In this document: piece after piece, positions 18,741-26,855 of the stretch
How the letters are laid out: each line of letters starts with the position of its first letter
Numbering within the stretch: position 1 is the first letter of the stretch
NCBI GenBank assembly: GCA_002308995.1
Contig: DBWQ01000005.1
Coordinates: 28,592 to 92,591 of the forward strand
DNA from: Clostridiales bacterium UBA1234
GTDB lineage: Bacteria > Bacillota > Clostridia > TANB77 > UBA1234
Length of the DNA: 64,000 nucleotides
Reading direction: 5' to 3'
The notes under the pieces: model-generated
Database searches by the model: none
Told to the model about the DNA's origin: nothing
The model's input: only the letters and a program-made list of their open reading frames with translations
Translations under genes and position numbers: made by a program

Positions 18741-19409
18741 TCAGTCCACGCAAAGGTCCACGTGAATGCCGTATCTCCGGGGGTCACCGCGCGCTTCGAG
18801 CAGGTCGTTGAGCTCGTTGATCAACCGAGCTGCATCGAAGTAGAGATCCCAGATGTGGCTCTGGACGAAGGCCTCCTTCTCGGCTTCGAGCGCGGCCGCT
18901 TCGGCAGCCATCCGCGCTTCCTCCTCGAGGGCCATGGCCTCATCCTCGAGGAGCTGCGCGTCGATGTCGAGTGCGTCCATGGCCGCCTTGGTGCGGTCCT
19001 GCAGGAGCTTCTGGCGCCGCTCAAGGCCATTGTAGAGGCGATAGTCGCGCTTGCCGGCCTTGGCCGCGCGCTTGGGCTCCGCCATCCACATTCCCGTGAA
19101 GGGGCTGTGCCAGAGCACTACGCCCTTCGGGACGGTGCCCCTCTTGAGGGTGGGAGCCTTCCAGCCAGTCTGGCACTGCGGAACGGTCACGCCCTTGGGG
19201 CCGCGGATGGCCTGGTTGGCCTTCCAGGTCTTCCGGCGCCGATCTGCGCGCTTCTTCTTGGGCATCTGCGGACGCGGGTCGAAGTCAAAGTCGTTGGAAA
19301 ACAAGCTACGCTCCGAGGGCTTTTCGTCTCCTTTCTGGGCCAGGGTTTCCTGATCCGGGGTGAGGTATCCCTCCAAGAGGGATTCGGCCATGCTCATTTT
19401 CTTCGGCAT
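18741..19409 (-). CDS. GC-rich orphan protein A (222 aa; basic low-complexity N-terminus, acidic coiled-coil C-terminus)
   Basis: AAAGGAGAATTTT-ATG RBS, GC3-rich codons and a terminator just downstream. No motif recognised. Confidence 0.6.
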   Translation of the reverse strand: MPKKMSMAESLLEGYLTPDQETLAQKGDEKPSERSLFSNDFDFDPRPQMPKKKRADRRRKTWKANQAIRGPKGVTVPQCQTGWKAPTLKRGTVPKGVVLWHSPFTGMWMAEPKRAAKAGKRDYRLYNGLERRQKLLQDRTKAAMDALDIDAQLLEDEAMALEEEARMAAEAAALEAEKEAFVQSHIWDLYFDAARLINELNDLLEARGDPRRYGIHVDLCVD

Positions 19410-19500
19410 AAAATTCTCCTTTCTATGCCCTCATAGCAAACGTAATACACCTAGATTGTGCATTCGTGCTATGTTCAATTCGGATTTTCGTACAGTTAAT

Positions 19501-19529
19501 AGTATACCAAAAATTAGTAATTTTGTCAA
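19501..19529 (-). promoter_or_regulatory. Near-consensus sigma-A promoter for orphan A
   Basis: On the minus strand: TTGACA, 17 nt, then TGG-TATACT (extended -10). Confidence 0.55.
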
Positions 19530-19586
19530 TATTATGTTTACTAGTAAGCAATATTTTTGTGAATTTATCAAATGTTATAAAAGTAA

Positions 19587-19615
19587 TTGACGCTTTATGT
19601 TAACTATGGTATAAT
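19587..19615 (+). promoter_or_regulatory. Near-consensus sigma-A promoter for orphan B
   Basis: TTGACG, 17 nt, then TGG-TATAAT. The core TTTATGTTAACTATGGTATAATA is nearly identical to the orphan C promoter. Confidence 0.55.
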
Positions 19616-19720
19616 AGTTACCGTATCCCGCACATACCCTTTTGATACTTCTATTACAATTCGGTAATAGAAAAACTTTGAGACCTTGCGCAATATGATA
19701 GCGCAGAAAGGATTTGCCTT

Positions 19721-20407
19721 ATGGAAGATAAGGTGCTCGCGTCCCAGAACCTCAGCAATGCCCCTTCCCGCCCGAACCTCTCGACGTCGTACGTTCACGA
19801 CCCCTTTCCACGTTACCAGGAACTCAAAGATAAGTACCTGAGCGGGTGGAGGCTTCTGCAACAACTGCAACAGGCCCAGACCGAAAAGGCTGTTTTCCAC
19901 GCTCTGAAGAATCTCAAGGCTGTCATCAAGCAGCTCGAGAAGCTCCAAGAGCTGGATATCCGCCCCGCCATGGAGGAGCTCCACCGGCTGGAGCTGCGGG
20001 AGGTCTCCCGCTTTGACCTGGATCAGGTGGAAAGCCTGCTTGCCCAGCTCGGCGACTTGGTCGACGAGGCCGAAATGGCGGTCTCCGAGTACCACCTGCA
20101 GAGCGTTCTCCTGCAGGCGAGCTACGACCGGCGGATTGCCAAAACCGTCGGCCAGCGCGGTCTGGAAGGCCTCTGTCTGTCCGAAGAGCTGCTGAGCATC
20201 CTCGTGAAGCTCAGCAATGAGCTCGGGGAAAGGCCTGTCTTCACCAAGGCCAAGATGGCCATTATGCTCGCTCGCATTTCCAAGATCATGGAGGTGCAGG
20301 AACTGGTGGGCCAGTATGGCCTGAATGGACTGGCGACTGCTCCCAAGGACGTCCTCGAGCTCATGGTGAACGTCGTGACCGACGTACTCCAGGACGACGA
20401 GGACTAA
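19721..20407 (+). CDS. GC-rich orphan protein B (228 aa, predicted all-helical, acidic C-terminus)
   Basis: AAAGGA RBS, GC3-rich codons (CTC/CTG/GCC/AAG/GAG) and a terminator downstream. No motif recognised. Confidence 0.6.
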   Translation: MEDKVLASQNLSNAPSRPNLSTSYVHDPFPRYQELKDKYLSGWRLLQQLQQAQTEKAVFHALKNLKAVIKQLEKLQELDIRPAMEELHRLELREVSRFDLDQVESLLAQLGDLVDEAEMAVSEYHLQSVLLQASYDRRIAKTVGQRGLEGLCLSEELLSILVKLSNELGERPVFTKAKMAIMLARISKIMEVQELVGQYGLNGLATAPKDVLELMVNVVTDVLQDDED

Positions 20408-20420
20408 GCCCACAAAAAAA

Positions 20421-20465
20421 CCCTCAAGAAGAAGGTTCTATTCCTTCCTTCTTGGGGGTTTTCCC
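20421..20465 (+). terminator. Imperfect hairpin plus T-run after orphan B
   Basis: CCCTCAAGAAGAAGG...CCTTCCTTCTTGGGGG followed by TTTT. Confidence 0.45.
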
Positions 20466-20487
20466 CTATTTTACGCTTTTGTCAAGG

Positions 20488-20516
20488 TTGCTATTTTATG
20501 TAAATTATGGTATAAT
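20488..20516 (+). promoter_or_regulatory. Sigma-A promoter for orphan C
   Basis: TTGCTA, 17 nt, then TGG-TATAAT. Confidence 0.5.
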
Positions 20517-20597
20517 AATAAGTGACTCAATATCTTTTGTACAGCGCGATACCCTTAGTACAGACTGTATTGGGATCTCAATGAAAGGAGATTTGTT

Positions 20598-21212
20598 ATG
20601 AATACAAATCTCAAGTCCGCGTTCACCACCCTCGCCACCCTGTTCACCCACCTCAAGGTCGGATGCAAGCGGCTCGTCCGTATCATCCGCCTCGGATGGC
20701 GCCGCTACCTCAGCCCGTATCACCATGGGCCAAGTCGGCGCGATCTCCAGGAAGACTACGCCGACCTTCGGCGGCTGCAGGCCATCATGGCCCTCGGCTT
20801 CCTGTGGTTCGCCGTAGGAAGCATCAAGGCGCCCAACTGGAGCGTTAAGGCCTGGGGGCTTGCTGCCGTCTCCGCGGTGTTTTTGGTAGCCATCGGCTAC
20901 CTTGGCCACCGCATCGACGCGGTAGCTGCGGATTTCCGCGCTTCTCTTCGGTCAGGAGAGCGCGTTAATCTCGATACCCCCAACCTCAACGCTTTCGCGG
21001 CGAGAACGTCCGATGCTGCACAGAGAGCTGCCACGAATCTCGCCCGCCTGCTCCGGCGCGCCGTCCTCCTCACAGTCGTCGTGGCGGTGGCTTCCGCCCT
21101 TGTTGTGGAGAATGGGTGGCTTTCGAGCTATCCCATCCTCCGCGAGATGGCGGAAACCGTTGTTCAGGCCGTGAACAGCGGACTTACCTGGGTCATGAAC
21201 TGGATTGGTTAA
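20598..21212 (+). CDS. GC-rich orphan protein C (204 aa, 3-4 TM helices)
   Basis: AAAGGAGATTTGTT-ATG RBS. Hydrophobic segments are LQAIMALGFLWFAVGSI, WGLAAVSAVFLVAIGYLG and AVLLTVVVAVASALVV. Confidence 0.55.
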   Translation: MNTNLKSAFTTLATLFTHLKVGCKRLVRIIRLGWRRYLSPYHHGPSRRDLQEDYADLRRLQAIMALGFLWFAVGSIKAPNWSVKAWGLAAVSAVFLVAIGYLGHRIDAVAADFRASLRSGERVNLDTPNLNAFAARTSDAAQRAATNLARLLRRAVLLTVVVAVASALVVENGWLSSYPILREMAETVVQAVNSGLTWVMNWIG

Positions 21213-21225
21213 GGCCCACGGCATC

Positions 21226-21274
21226 AAAAAGAGTCGCTCCCGGAAACACGGGTAAGCGGCTCTTTGCCGTTTTA
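21226..21274 (+). terminator. GC-rich hairpin plus T-run after orphan C
   Basis: AGAGTCGCTCCCGgaaacaCGGGTAAGCGGCTCT followed by TTGCCGTTTT. Confidence 0.45.
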
Positions 21275-21301
21275 TTGGTTACAATAAGTCATTTTTTTAC
21301 T

Positions 21302-21331
21302 AAAAAGAGGCACGAAACTCGTGCCTCTTTT
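21302..21331. terminator. Bidirectional terminator (host side, ends the A2M/113-aa transcription unit)
   Basis: AAAAA-GAGGCACG-aaact-CGTGCCTC-TTTT. Confidence 0.65.
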
Positions 21332-21333
21332 GG

Positions 21334-21663
21334 TTATTTTTCTTCTTGTTGTTCTATTTCTAACTCTTCATGCTTTTCTTTCCATGCTTTGCATTTTTGG
21401 TAAATGCTTTGTTTTTCGTCAAGTGTCAGTTTACTCAAGCATTGGTCTAGTGGAATTTGTCCCATGCGGATTTGATCTGCCAAATCTCCTATTTGACTTG
21501 CATTTTCCATCATTTCTTGCACATGATTACTCATAATCTCTTGGGTTTGGATGTTTTTTTGCTCTATTTTGGCATCTTTTATTAAGTTATCTCTTCTTTC
21601 ATATAACTCGGTAGCAATCATTTGCTTAATCATATAATTGGGTACATTAAAATTTTCTTCCAT
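21334..21663 (-). CDS. Small coiled-coil protein downstream of the thioester protein
   Basis: A GAGG RBS precedes the ATG at 21663 (MEENFNVPNY). The track start at 21675 lacks an RBS. No motif recognised. Confidence 0.45.
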   Translation of the reverse strand: MEENFNVPNYMIKQMIATELYERRDNLIKDAKIEQKNIQTQEIMSNHVQEMMENASQIGDLADQIRMGQIPLDQCLSKLTLDEKQSIYQKCKAWKEKHEELEIEQQEEK

Positions 21664-21678
21664 GGGAAACCTCATTTC

Positions 21679-24600
21679 TTATTCAACTACTCTTATCTCC
21701 ATTGGAGCACTATATCCTTCGATGGTTGGATTATAGTAATCATAGGCACGTACAGCAAAGCCTGTTATTTCTACTGGGTAAGAAGCTCTAAAGGATACAT
21801 TTAAATCGGCATAGCTATCAAAGTCTCTTAAGTAGATTCCTACATCATTATAATTCATTTCATATTTCTCTATCGTGCCTTGATTTAAAAGTTTCATCAA
21901 ACTATCTTCTTCTACTACAAAACCTTGTGGAATAGAGATGGTTACCATACCATTTGCAATAGCACTACCACTATTGTTTTCTACTCTAACCTTGGCATCT
22001 AAACGCTCATTCACTCTTAGATGATTTGGGCAAGTAACCGTTATTTTGATATTATTGCCACTACTCATCTTAACATCCTCATATGGAATATAGTATTCTT
22101 CCACTACCTCATAATATGCGCTAGAACGCTCAATGTCAATAGATAGTTTATTTTCTTTTGCTACATTTTCAAACATAAATTCGTACAAATCCAAAGCATT
22201 GTCTTTGATTTCCACTTTGCGTTCATCACTATTTAGTTTTACCAATACTGTTTGATTGTCTAGCTTATTCTTCTCGTTAAATTCGTTTAATGCTTTTAAG
22301 GCTAAAATGGTAGCTTGGGTGCTGTGCCATGTTCCATAAGGATCTTTCGTGCTAATTAAATAGTTCACTAATAATTGATTGGTGCTTTGATTACTTGATG
22401 TTTTCGATAACGCCATGGATGTTAAGGCAACAGTTTGAATGGTTTGATAGTTATATCTTGTACCATAGTAATCTTGGATGTTAGAAGTAATATACGCACT
22501 ATTTTCATTAATTTGAATATTGTTTATTAAAGTTTTTACGACATTACCAGCTTCTTTATCTCCTACATTGGCAAAGACATTGGCAATTAAGGCAAGCGTA
22601 TAATTATCGTTTACATCTTCTAATTTTTCTTTTAGATATTCAACAGATTTTGTAAGTCTACTATCTTTTGGATTACTCTCCGATAATGCCCAAATAATAT
22701 AAGCGTGTTGTGCTAATTTTTCTCTTGAGCTTAAGCCACCCATGTGACCACCAGTAATTTCAAACGAGCCTCCTACTTCCTGTTTTCCATATAGATAAGT
22801 ATTCATTTTTTCTAATACTTTTTCATCTACTGGATATACTTTGCTTAAATCAGTAAGTTCCATTAACCCATAGGCCGTTAATACGGTCTCGGCAGGAGAA
22901 TCTCCATAAAGTGAATACCCACCTCTTTCGCCTCTTACTTCATACGCTAATATCTTTTGGTAACCAGATGAAATATACTCTAACGCTTTTTTCTTAATGG
23001 CTTCATCTGCTGTTTTATTATCTTCCATATATTTTAATGCTAAAATGTTTGGATACAAGCTTGAAGATACTTGTTCAAAACATCCTGTTGGCATTCTAAA
23101 GATGTTTTCCATACCTTCGATGGCTTGTGCCATTAAGCTAGCATAAATCTTAACTTTAACCTTGGCAGTATTTTCTATCATATTATCTAAAAGCAAGATA
23201 TCTTCTGAAATATCTCTGTCGAGTGATCCGTTTGAAACCACTTTTTCTACCTTGTAGCCCTTTGGCATAATGGTTAATTCTTTTTCTACAATATCAGTAT
23301 AAGTATTTCCCTTTGCTTCCACACGTAGCTTAAAGGTTCCACTAGTATTAATTGTTAATGGAACGTAGGTCATTTTTAATCCTTGTGGTTCAACAGCAAG
23401 GGTAAGATTATGAGAACCATTTAACGTAAAGAAGCTATCTTCTTTCACTGTCAACGTGACATTTTGCATTTCATCGGTATAGTTATACACCGTTACAGGG
23501 ATACTTACTTTATCTGATGTGACTAAATTCTTTGGAAGTTCAAAGTCCACAAAGAATTCCTTAAATACTTTCACATCGTCTTTGGTGCCAAAACCGATTC
23601 TACCATCTTTGGTATTTCCTACCGTTTGAATGGTCCATGTAGTAATATTATCGGCAAGTCTTAAATCTAAACTTGCTTTTCCATTGGAGGCAATTAGTTC
23701 TGGAATAAAGCACATACTCTCTAAGAAAATGTTTCTCACCTGTTCTTCTGATGCTTCTTGTGTATCATTTGGCGCTGTTTCCACTACCACATCACGCTCT
23801 ACAACTGGAGCTGGTGCTGTATTTTCTTTCTTACTCGTTGAAAAGTCTAAGAAATTAGAAAAACCACCTCTTGAACTACTGCCAAACGCTTTAGACGCAC
23901 CTGATCTATCTGATTGAATCCCGATGCTATCACTATAATTGAAATCTGAAATTGCTTGGCCACCGCCAGTAATCGTATCTTGTGAAAAACTAAATAATAG
24001 TCCCAAAAACAATCCCATTAAGGTCATGCCAATAATAACTCCAATCACAACACTTGCAATAGATTCTTCTGTTTCTTCACCTGCTACCTCTTCGTTTTGT
24101 TCTTCAGTTTGATTCATTCTTCGAACATTTAAGAAATAGTTAATGACATATAAGGCAATGATTGCAATTGGCAAAGTAATAGAAGTATGACTCTCAACTC
24201 TCCAATAACGATCATATGGATATCGGCTCATATAGTTTATATAACTATATGAATGCCCTATAAAGAATAGTTTATCCATAATGAATCCAATAGCGAGAGA
24301 CGGAATACATGCAATCAGCATCCACCCAATATAGATTAGTTCTTTTTTACCAAAGTCAGCGACAATACCCTTTTTCTTTCTCCTACTATTCACTATTTTT
24401 GCCACAATGACAACCACTAAAACAAGTGCTGCCAATAGCGTAAGTATCAACATTCCTTCTAAATAAAGCTCCTCTATCATCCAATAGCAAGCAAACCATA
24501 ATAAAAACATTATCATAATACTTGTTGTGGTTCTTTTGGTATATGGATATAGTTTTGAAAGACCAACAATATAAACAATGGCCCCCACAATCATTGTGAT

Positions 24601-26736
24601 AAGTAGTAACCATTCTTCCTCATAGAAACGAGTATAATAATCTAATAAACTATAAAGAATGACATAAGTGACAATCACAAAAACCAAGTAGGTTGTAATT
24701 TGTCTAAAGAGATTGCGCACTGCTTTAAAACGAACCAAGGAATAAATAAGTGCCAAAATAGCAAACATGCAATAGAAGAAAACAGAAAAACCTTTGGCAC
24801 GTTCTTCATTATCATACCCCGTATAAGTGTTTTTATCTAATTGCATTGACCTTACGCCTTGCTTTAATAATAAACCAACCATTGCTTCTTCACTGATATC
24901 ATCTACAATGCAAGAATACAGTGTTGCTGCATCTAATTCATCATCAAATGAAATATCTTGTAAAGCAAGTTTAATGTTATCAATGGTTAAATCATTTCCT
25001 GCTAAATTTAATACCGCATTATCTAGCATGCTCACTAAAAGAGCAGCTTCTACATTCGTGCCATTTTCATTTGTTGCATCAAATGCAATATGAATGTTCT
25101 CTCCCGGCTTATATTCTTGTTGATTGGTATCAATGCTTATTTGTAACTCTTTTTCCGGTTTAATAAAGATGGTTCTATGATAGGAATTATCACTATTTAT
25201 AGAAGAGTTTTTACGATAAGAATAATTGTAATAGTCGTAATCATAGTATGATGAAGAATTACTATTTTGACTATGAACATAAATATCAATTAATCCGTAT
25301 GTATCACCTAAATTGACACTGGTTTCATCACTGTCTGTTGATAGCACTTTGATTAGCTTATCATTTTTAAAGAAATAGATTTCTCTGGTATTATCTACTA
25401 ATGATAAAGTTCTTAAATTGATTTCATCTCCTTGAGTATACTTTGGTTTATCTGTAGAAAGCAAAAGAGTTCTTTTTACAACATTAAGGGTGATGTTTTT
25501 ATTCACATGATTGCCATCCATGTCTTCCGCTAAGATACGAAAAGTTTTTTGCGAAGCATTTGCATTATCAATATCAATAGAGAACTTACCAATACCGTTG
25601 TTATCTGTTGCAACTTGTCTTGTGTAATTACCTGAAGTCACTGTTAAATATGTTTTAAGACCACTTCCATCTGCATTTTTAGTAAATACATAAATATCAT
25701 TTCTTGTTCCCATCGCCAGTGTTCCAAACTCTGGAAGAAGTTCTATTTCAAACAAATCCGTTCCCACAGAAAAACGTTTATCTGCTTCTGCATAATAGTT
25801 TGAAGCATCAACCGCTTCCACATGAATCTGATAAGTACCCGGATTGGTTACCTGAAAAGAATACTCTGACTTTCCATCACTACCCGTTACTGTTTCTCTT
25901 CTTTTTTCGCCATTTATATAGACATTTAATTTGGTATCTGGTGCCACTTCTCCAAAAAAGTAATTGGCAGCAAAAGTGATCTTTGGCATTTCACCTACCA
26001 AATATTTTTCTTTATCGGTTGTGATAGTTACCTCATATTTTGGCACTACATAAGGGTTTACTATAAACTCTTTGATTGTTTCTGAAGCATTGGTGCTAAC
26101 TTTTAATTTGTAAAAACCACTATTCACTTCGCTAGCAAGATGAAAAGAGCCACTCATAATACCATAATCAGAAGTTTTCACATTTTCGTTATAAACCCTA
26201 TTATCGTTGCCATCATAGATGGAAACATTGACATCTTTGGCAAGAGGAATGTCTGATTCTTTTTGAGTCAGTAATGCTCTAAAATTCACCGTATCTCCTG
26301 GTTTATAAATTCCTTTATCAAAAGAAATGGTTACATTTTCACTATGCCCTTTTGATAAGTAAATATCTTTTTGAATAACATCCTTTCCCTCTTTACTTGA
26401 AACATGAAACTCTAAAGTATAGTTTCCCGCTTCTACGTCAGGAATTCTTATGAGAAACGTATTTCCTTCTTTTGAAGTTTCAACGCCTTTTACTTTTTTA
26501 TTTTTGGAATCCAATAGTTTTACTTCTGTCTTTGCCTCAAGTTCAGTGCCATTTGTTTTATAGGCCATCACATTTAAATAGACATCGCTATTGGTATAAA
26601 GATTTTTTGCCATGCTAATGACTACTTTTTGTTCCCCAGATACAATCCATTTATATGTATTTATCAAGGCTAAAGCAGTGCATAAAATGATAAGTCCTAA
26701 GATGACTTTTAAAACCACTTTTCTTTTCTTCGACAT
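21679..26736 (-). CDS. Thioester-containing alpha-2-macroglobulin family protein with an internal 8-TM block
   Basis: 1685 aa with an N-terminal TM anchor. MG modules include FDKGIYKPGDTVNFRALL...DYGIMSGSFHLASEVNSGFYKLKV. The A2M-domain signature is VRNIFLESMCFIPELIASNGKASLDLRLADNITTWTIQTVG. The thioester motif is MPTGCFEQ. Confidence 0.8.
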   Translation of the reverse strand: MSKKRKVVLKVILGLIILCTALALINTYKWIVSGEQKVVISMAKNLYTNSDVYLNVMAYKTNGTELEAKTEVKLLDSKNKKVKGVETSKEGNTFLIRIPDVEAGNYTLEFHVSSKEGKDVIQKDIYLSKGHSENVTISFDKGIYKPGDTVNFRALLTQKESDIPLAKDVNVSIYDGNDNRVYNENVKTSDYGIMSGSFHLASEVNSGFYKLKVSTNASETIKEFIVNPYVVPKYEVTITTDKEKYLVGEMPKITFAANYFFGEVAPDTKLNVYINGEKRRETVTGSDGKSEYSFQVTNPGTYQIHVEAVDASNYYAEADKRFSVGTDLFEIELLPEFGTLAMGTRNDIYVFTKNADGSGLKTYLTVTSGNYTRQVATDNNGIGKFSIDIDNANASQKTFRILAEDMDGNHVNKNITLNVVKRTLLLSTDKPKYTQGDEINLRTLSLVDNTREIYFFKNDKLIKVLSTDSDETSVNLGDTYGLIDIYVHSQNSNSSSYYDYDYYNYSYRKNSSINSDNSYHRTIFIKPEKELQISIDTNQQEYKPGENIHIAFDATNENGTNVEAALLVSMLDNAVLNLAGNDLTIDNIKLALQDISFDDELDAATLYSCIVDDISEEAMVGLLLKQGVRSMQLDKNTYTGYDNEERAKGFSVFFYCMFAILALIYSLVRFKAVRNLFRQITTYLVFVIVTYVILYSLLDYYTRFYEEEWLLLITMIVGAIVYIVGLSKLYPYTKRTTTSIMIMFLLWFACYWMIEELYLEGMLILTLLAALVLVVVIVAKIVNSRRKKKGIVADFGKKELIYIGWMLIACIPSLAIGFIMDKLFFIGHSYSYINYMSRYPYDRYWRVESHTSITLPIAIIALYVINYFLNVRRMNQTEEQNEEVAGEETEESIASVVIGVIIGMTLMGLFLGLLFSFSQDTITGGGQAISDFNYSDSIGIQSDRSGASKAFGSSSRGGFSNFLDFSTSKKENTAPAPVVERDVVVETAPNDTQEASEEQVRNIFLESMCFIPELIASNGKASLDLRLADNITTWTIQTVGNTKDGRIGFGTKDDVKVFKEFFVDFELPKNLVTSDKVSIPVTVYNYTDEMQNVTLTVKEDSFFTLNGSHNLTLAVEPQGLKMTYVPLTINTSGTFKLRVEAKGNTYTDIVEKELTIMPKGYKVEKVVSNGSLDRDISEDILLLDNMIENTAKVKVKIYASLMAQAIEGMENIFRMPTGCFEQVSSSLYPNILALKYMEDNKTADEAIKKKALEYISSGYQKILAYEVRGERGGYSLYGDSPAETVLTAYGLMELTDLSKVYPVDEKVLEKMNTYLYGKQEVGGSFEITGGHMGGLSSREKLAQHAYIIWALSESNPKDSRLTKSVEYLKEKLEDVNDNYTLALIANVFANVGDKEAGNVVKTLINNIQINENSAYITSNIQDYYGTRYNYQTIQTVALTSMALSKTSSNQSTNQLLVNYLISTKDPYGTWHSTQATILALKALNEFNEKNKLDNQTVLVKLNSDERKVEIKDNALDLYEFMFENVAKENKLSIDIERSSAYYEVVEEYYIPYEDVKMSSGNNIKITVTCPNHLRVNERLDAKVRVENNSGSAIANGMVTISIPQGFVVEEDSLMKLLNQGTIEKYEMNYNDVGIYLRDFDSYADLNVSFRASYPVEITGFAVRAYDYYNPTIEGYSAPMEIRVVE
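23071..23082 (-). other. Thioester codons C-F-E-Q
   Basis: The reverse complement reads ...ATG CCA ACA GGA TGT TTT GAA CAA GTA..., i.e. M P T G C F E Q V. Confidence 0.8.
23985..24790 (-). other. Eight predicted TM helices inserted between the MG-domain half and the bait/A2M/TED half
   Basis: There are eight hydrophobic segments of 17-25 aa. Alternate loops are basic (RFKAVRNLFRQ, SKLYPYTKRTTT, NSRRKKKGIVADFGKKE, NVRRMNQ), consistent with the positive-inside rule and with both flanks being outside the cell. Confidence 0.6.
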
Positions 26737-26767
26737 AAGAATCCCCCTTCATAAAATTGATATTGAA

Positions 26768-26796
26768 ATTATATCATATTCGACAAAAAACAACAA
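26768..26796 (-). promoter_or_regulatory. Putative sigma-A promoter of the thioester-protein gene
   Basis: On the minus strand: TTGTTG, 17 nt, then TATAAT, followed by a GAAGGGGGA RBS. Confidence 0.4.
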
Positions 26797-26809
26797 TCTT
26801 AAGCAATAC

Positions 26810-26846
26810 AAAAAGACTTGGTAATTTAATTACCAAGTCTTTTTTG
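26810..26846. terminator. Bidirectional terminator after the SLH adhesin gene
   Basis: AAAAGACTTGGTAA-tttaa-TTACCAAGTCTTTT, flanked by A and T runs. Confidence 0.7.
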
Positions 26847-26855
26847 TTTTTTTAT

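Larger units (their letters stand above)
18726..21290. other. GC-rich compositional island with three orphan genes
   Basis: There is an abrupt switch to GC-rich coding sequence (third positions mostly G/C) at about 18.73 kb and a return to AT-rich sequence after about 21.29 kb. Intergenic parts inside the island remain AT-rich. Confidence 0.8.

Noticed and set aside
18593-18787. N-terminal extension of the vWA protein ORF (track start 18787)
   Set aside because: The extension crosses the operon promoter and the 18688-18725 terminator and enters the GC island. A strong GAGGGGG RBS and a TM helix follow the ATG at 18592.
18672-20413. Long ORFs on the opposite strands of the GC-rich island (18672-19436 +, 254 aa; 19604-20413 -, 269 aa) and nested ones (18821-19030, 18853-19035, 19051-19353, 20013-20195, 20122-20364, 20505-20909, 20663-20848, 20952-21227)
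   Set aside because: GC-rich coding DNA typically leaves antisense and off-frame reading frames open. These ORFs lack RBSs, run through the AT-rich promoters and terminators, and have Arg/Gly/Pro-rich shadow-like composition. The three chosen ORFs each have a strong RBS, a promoter and a terminator.
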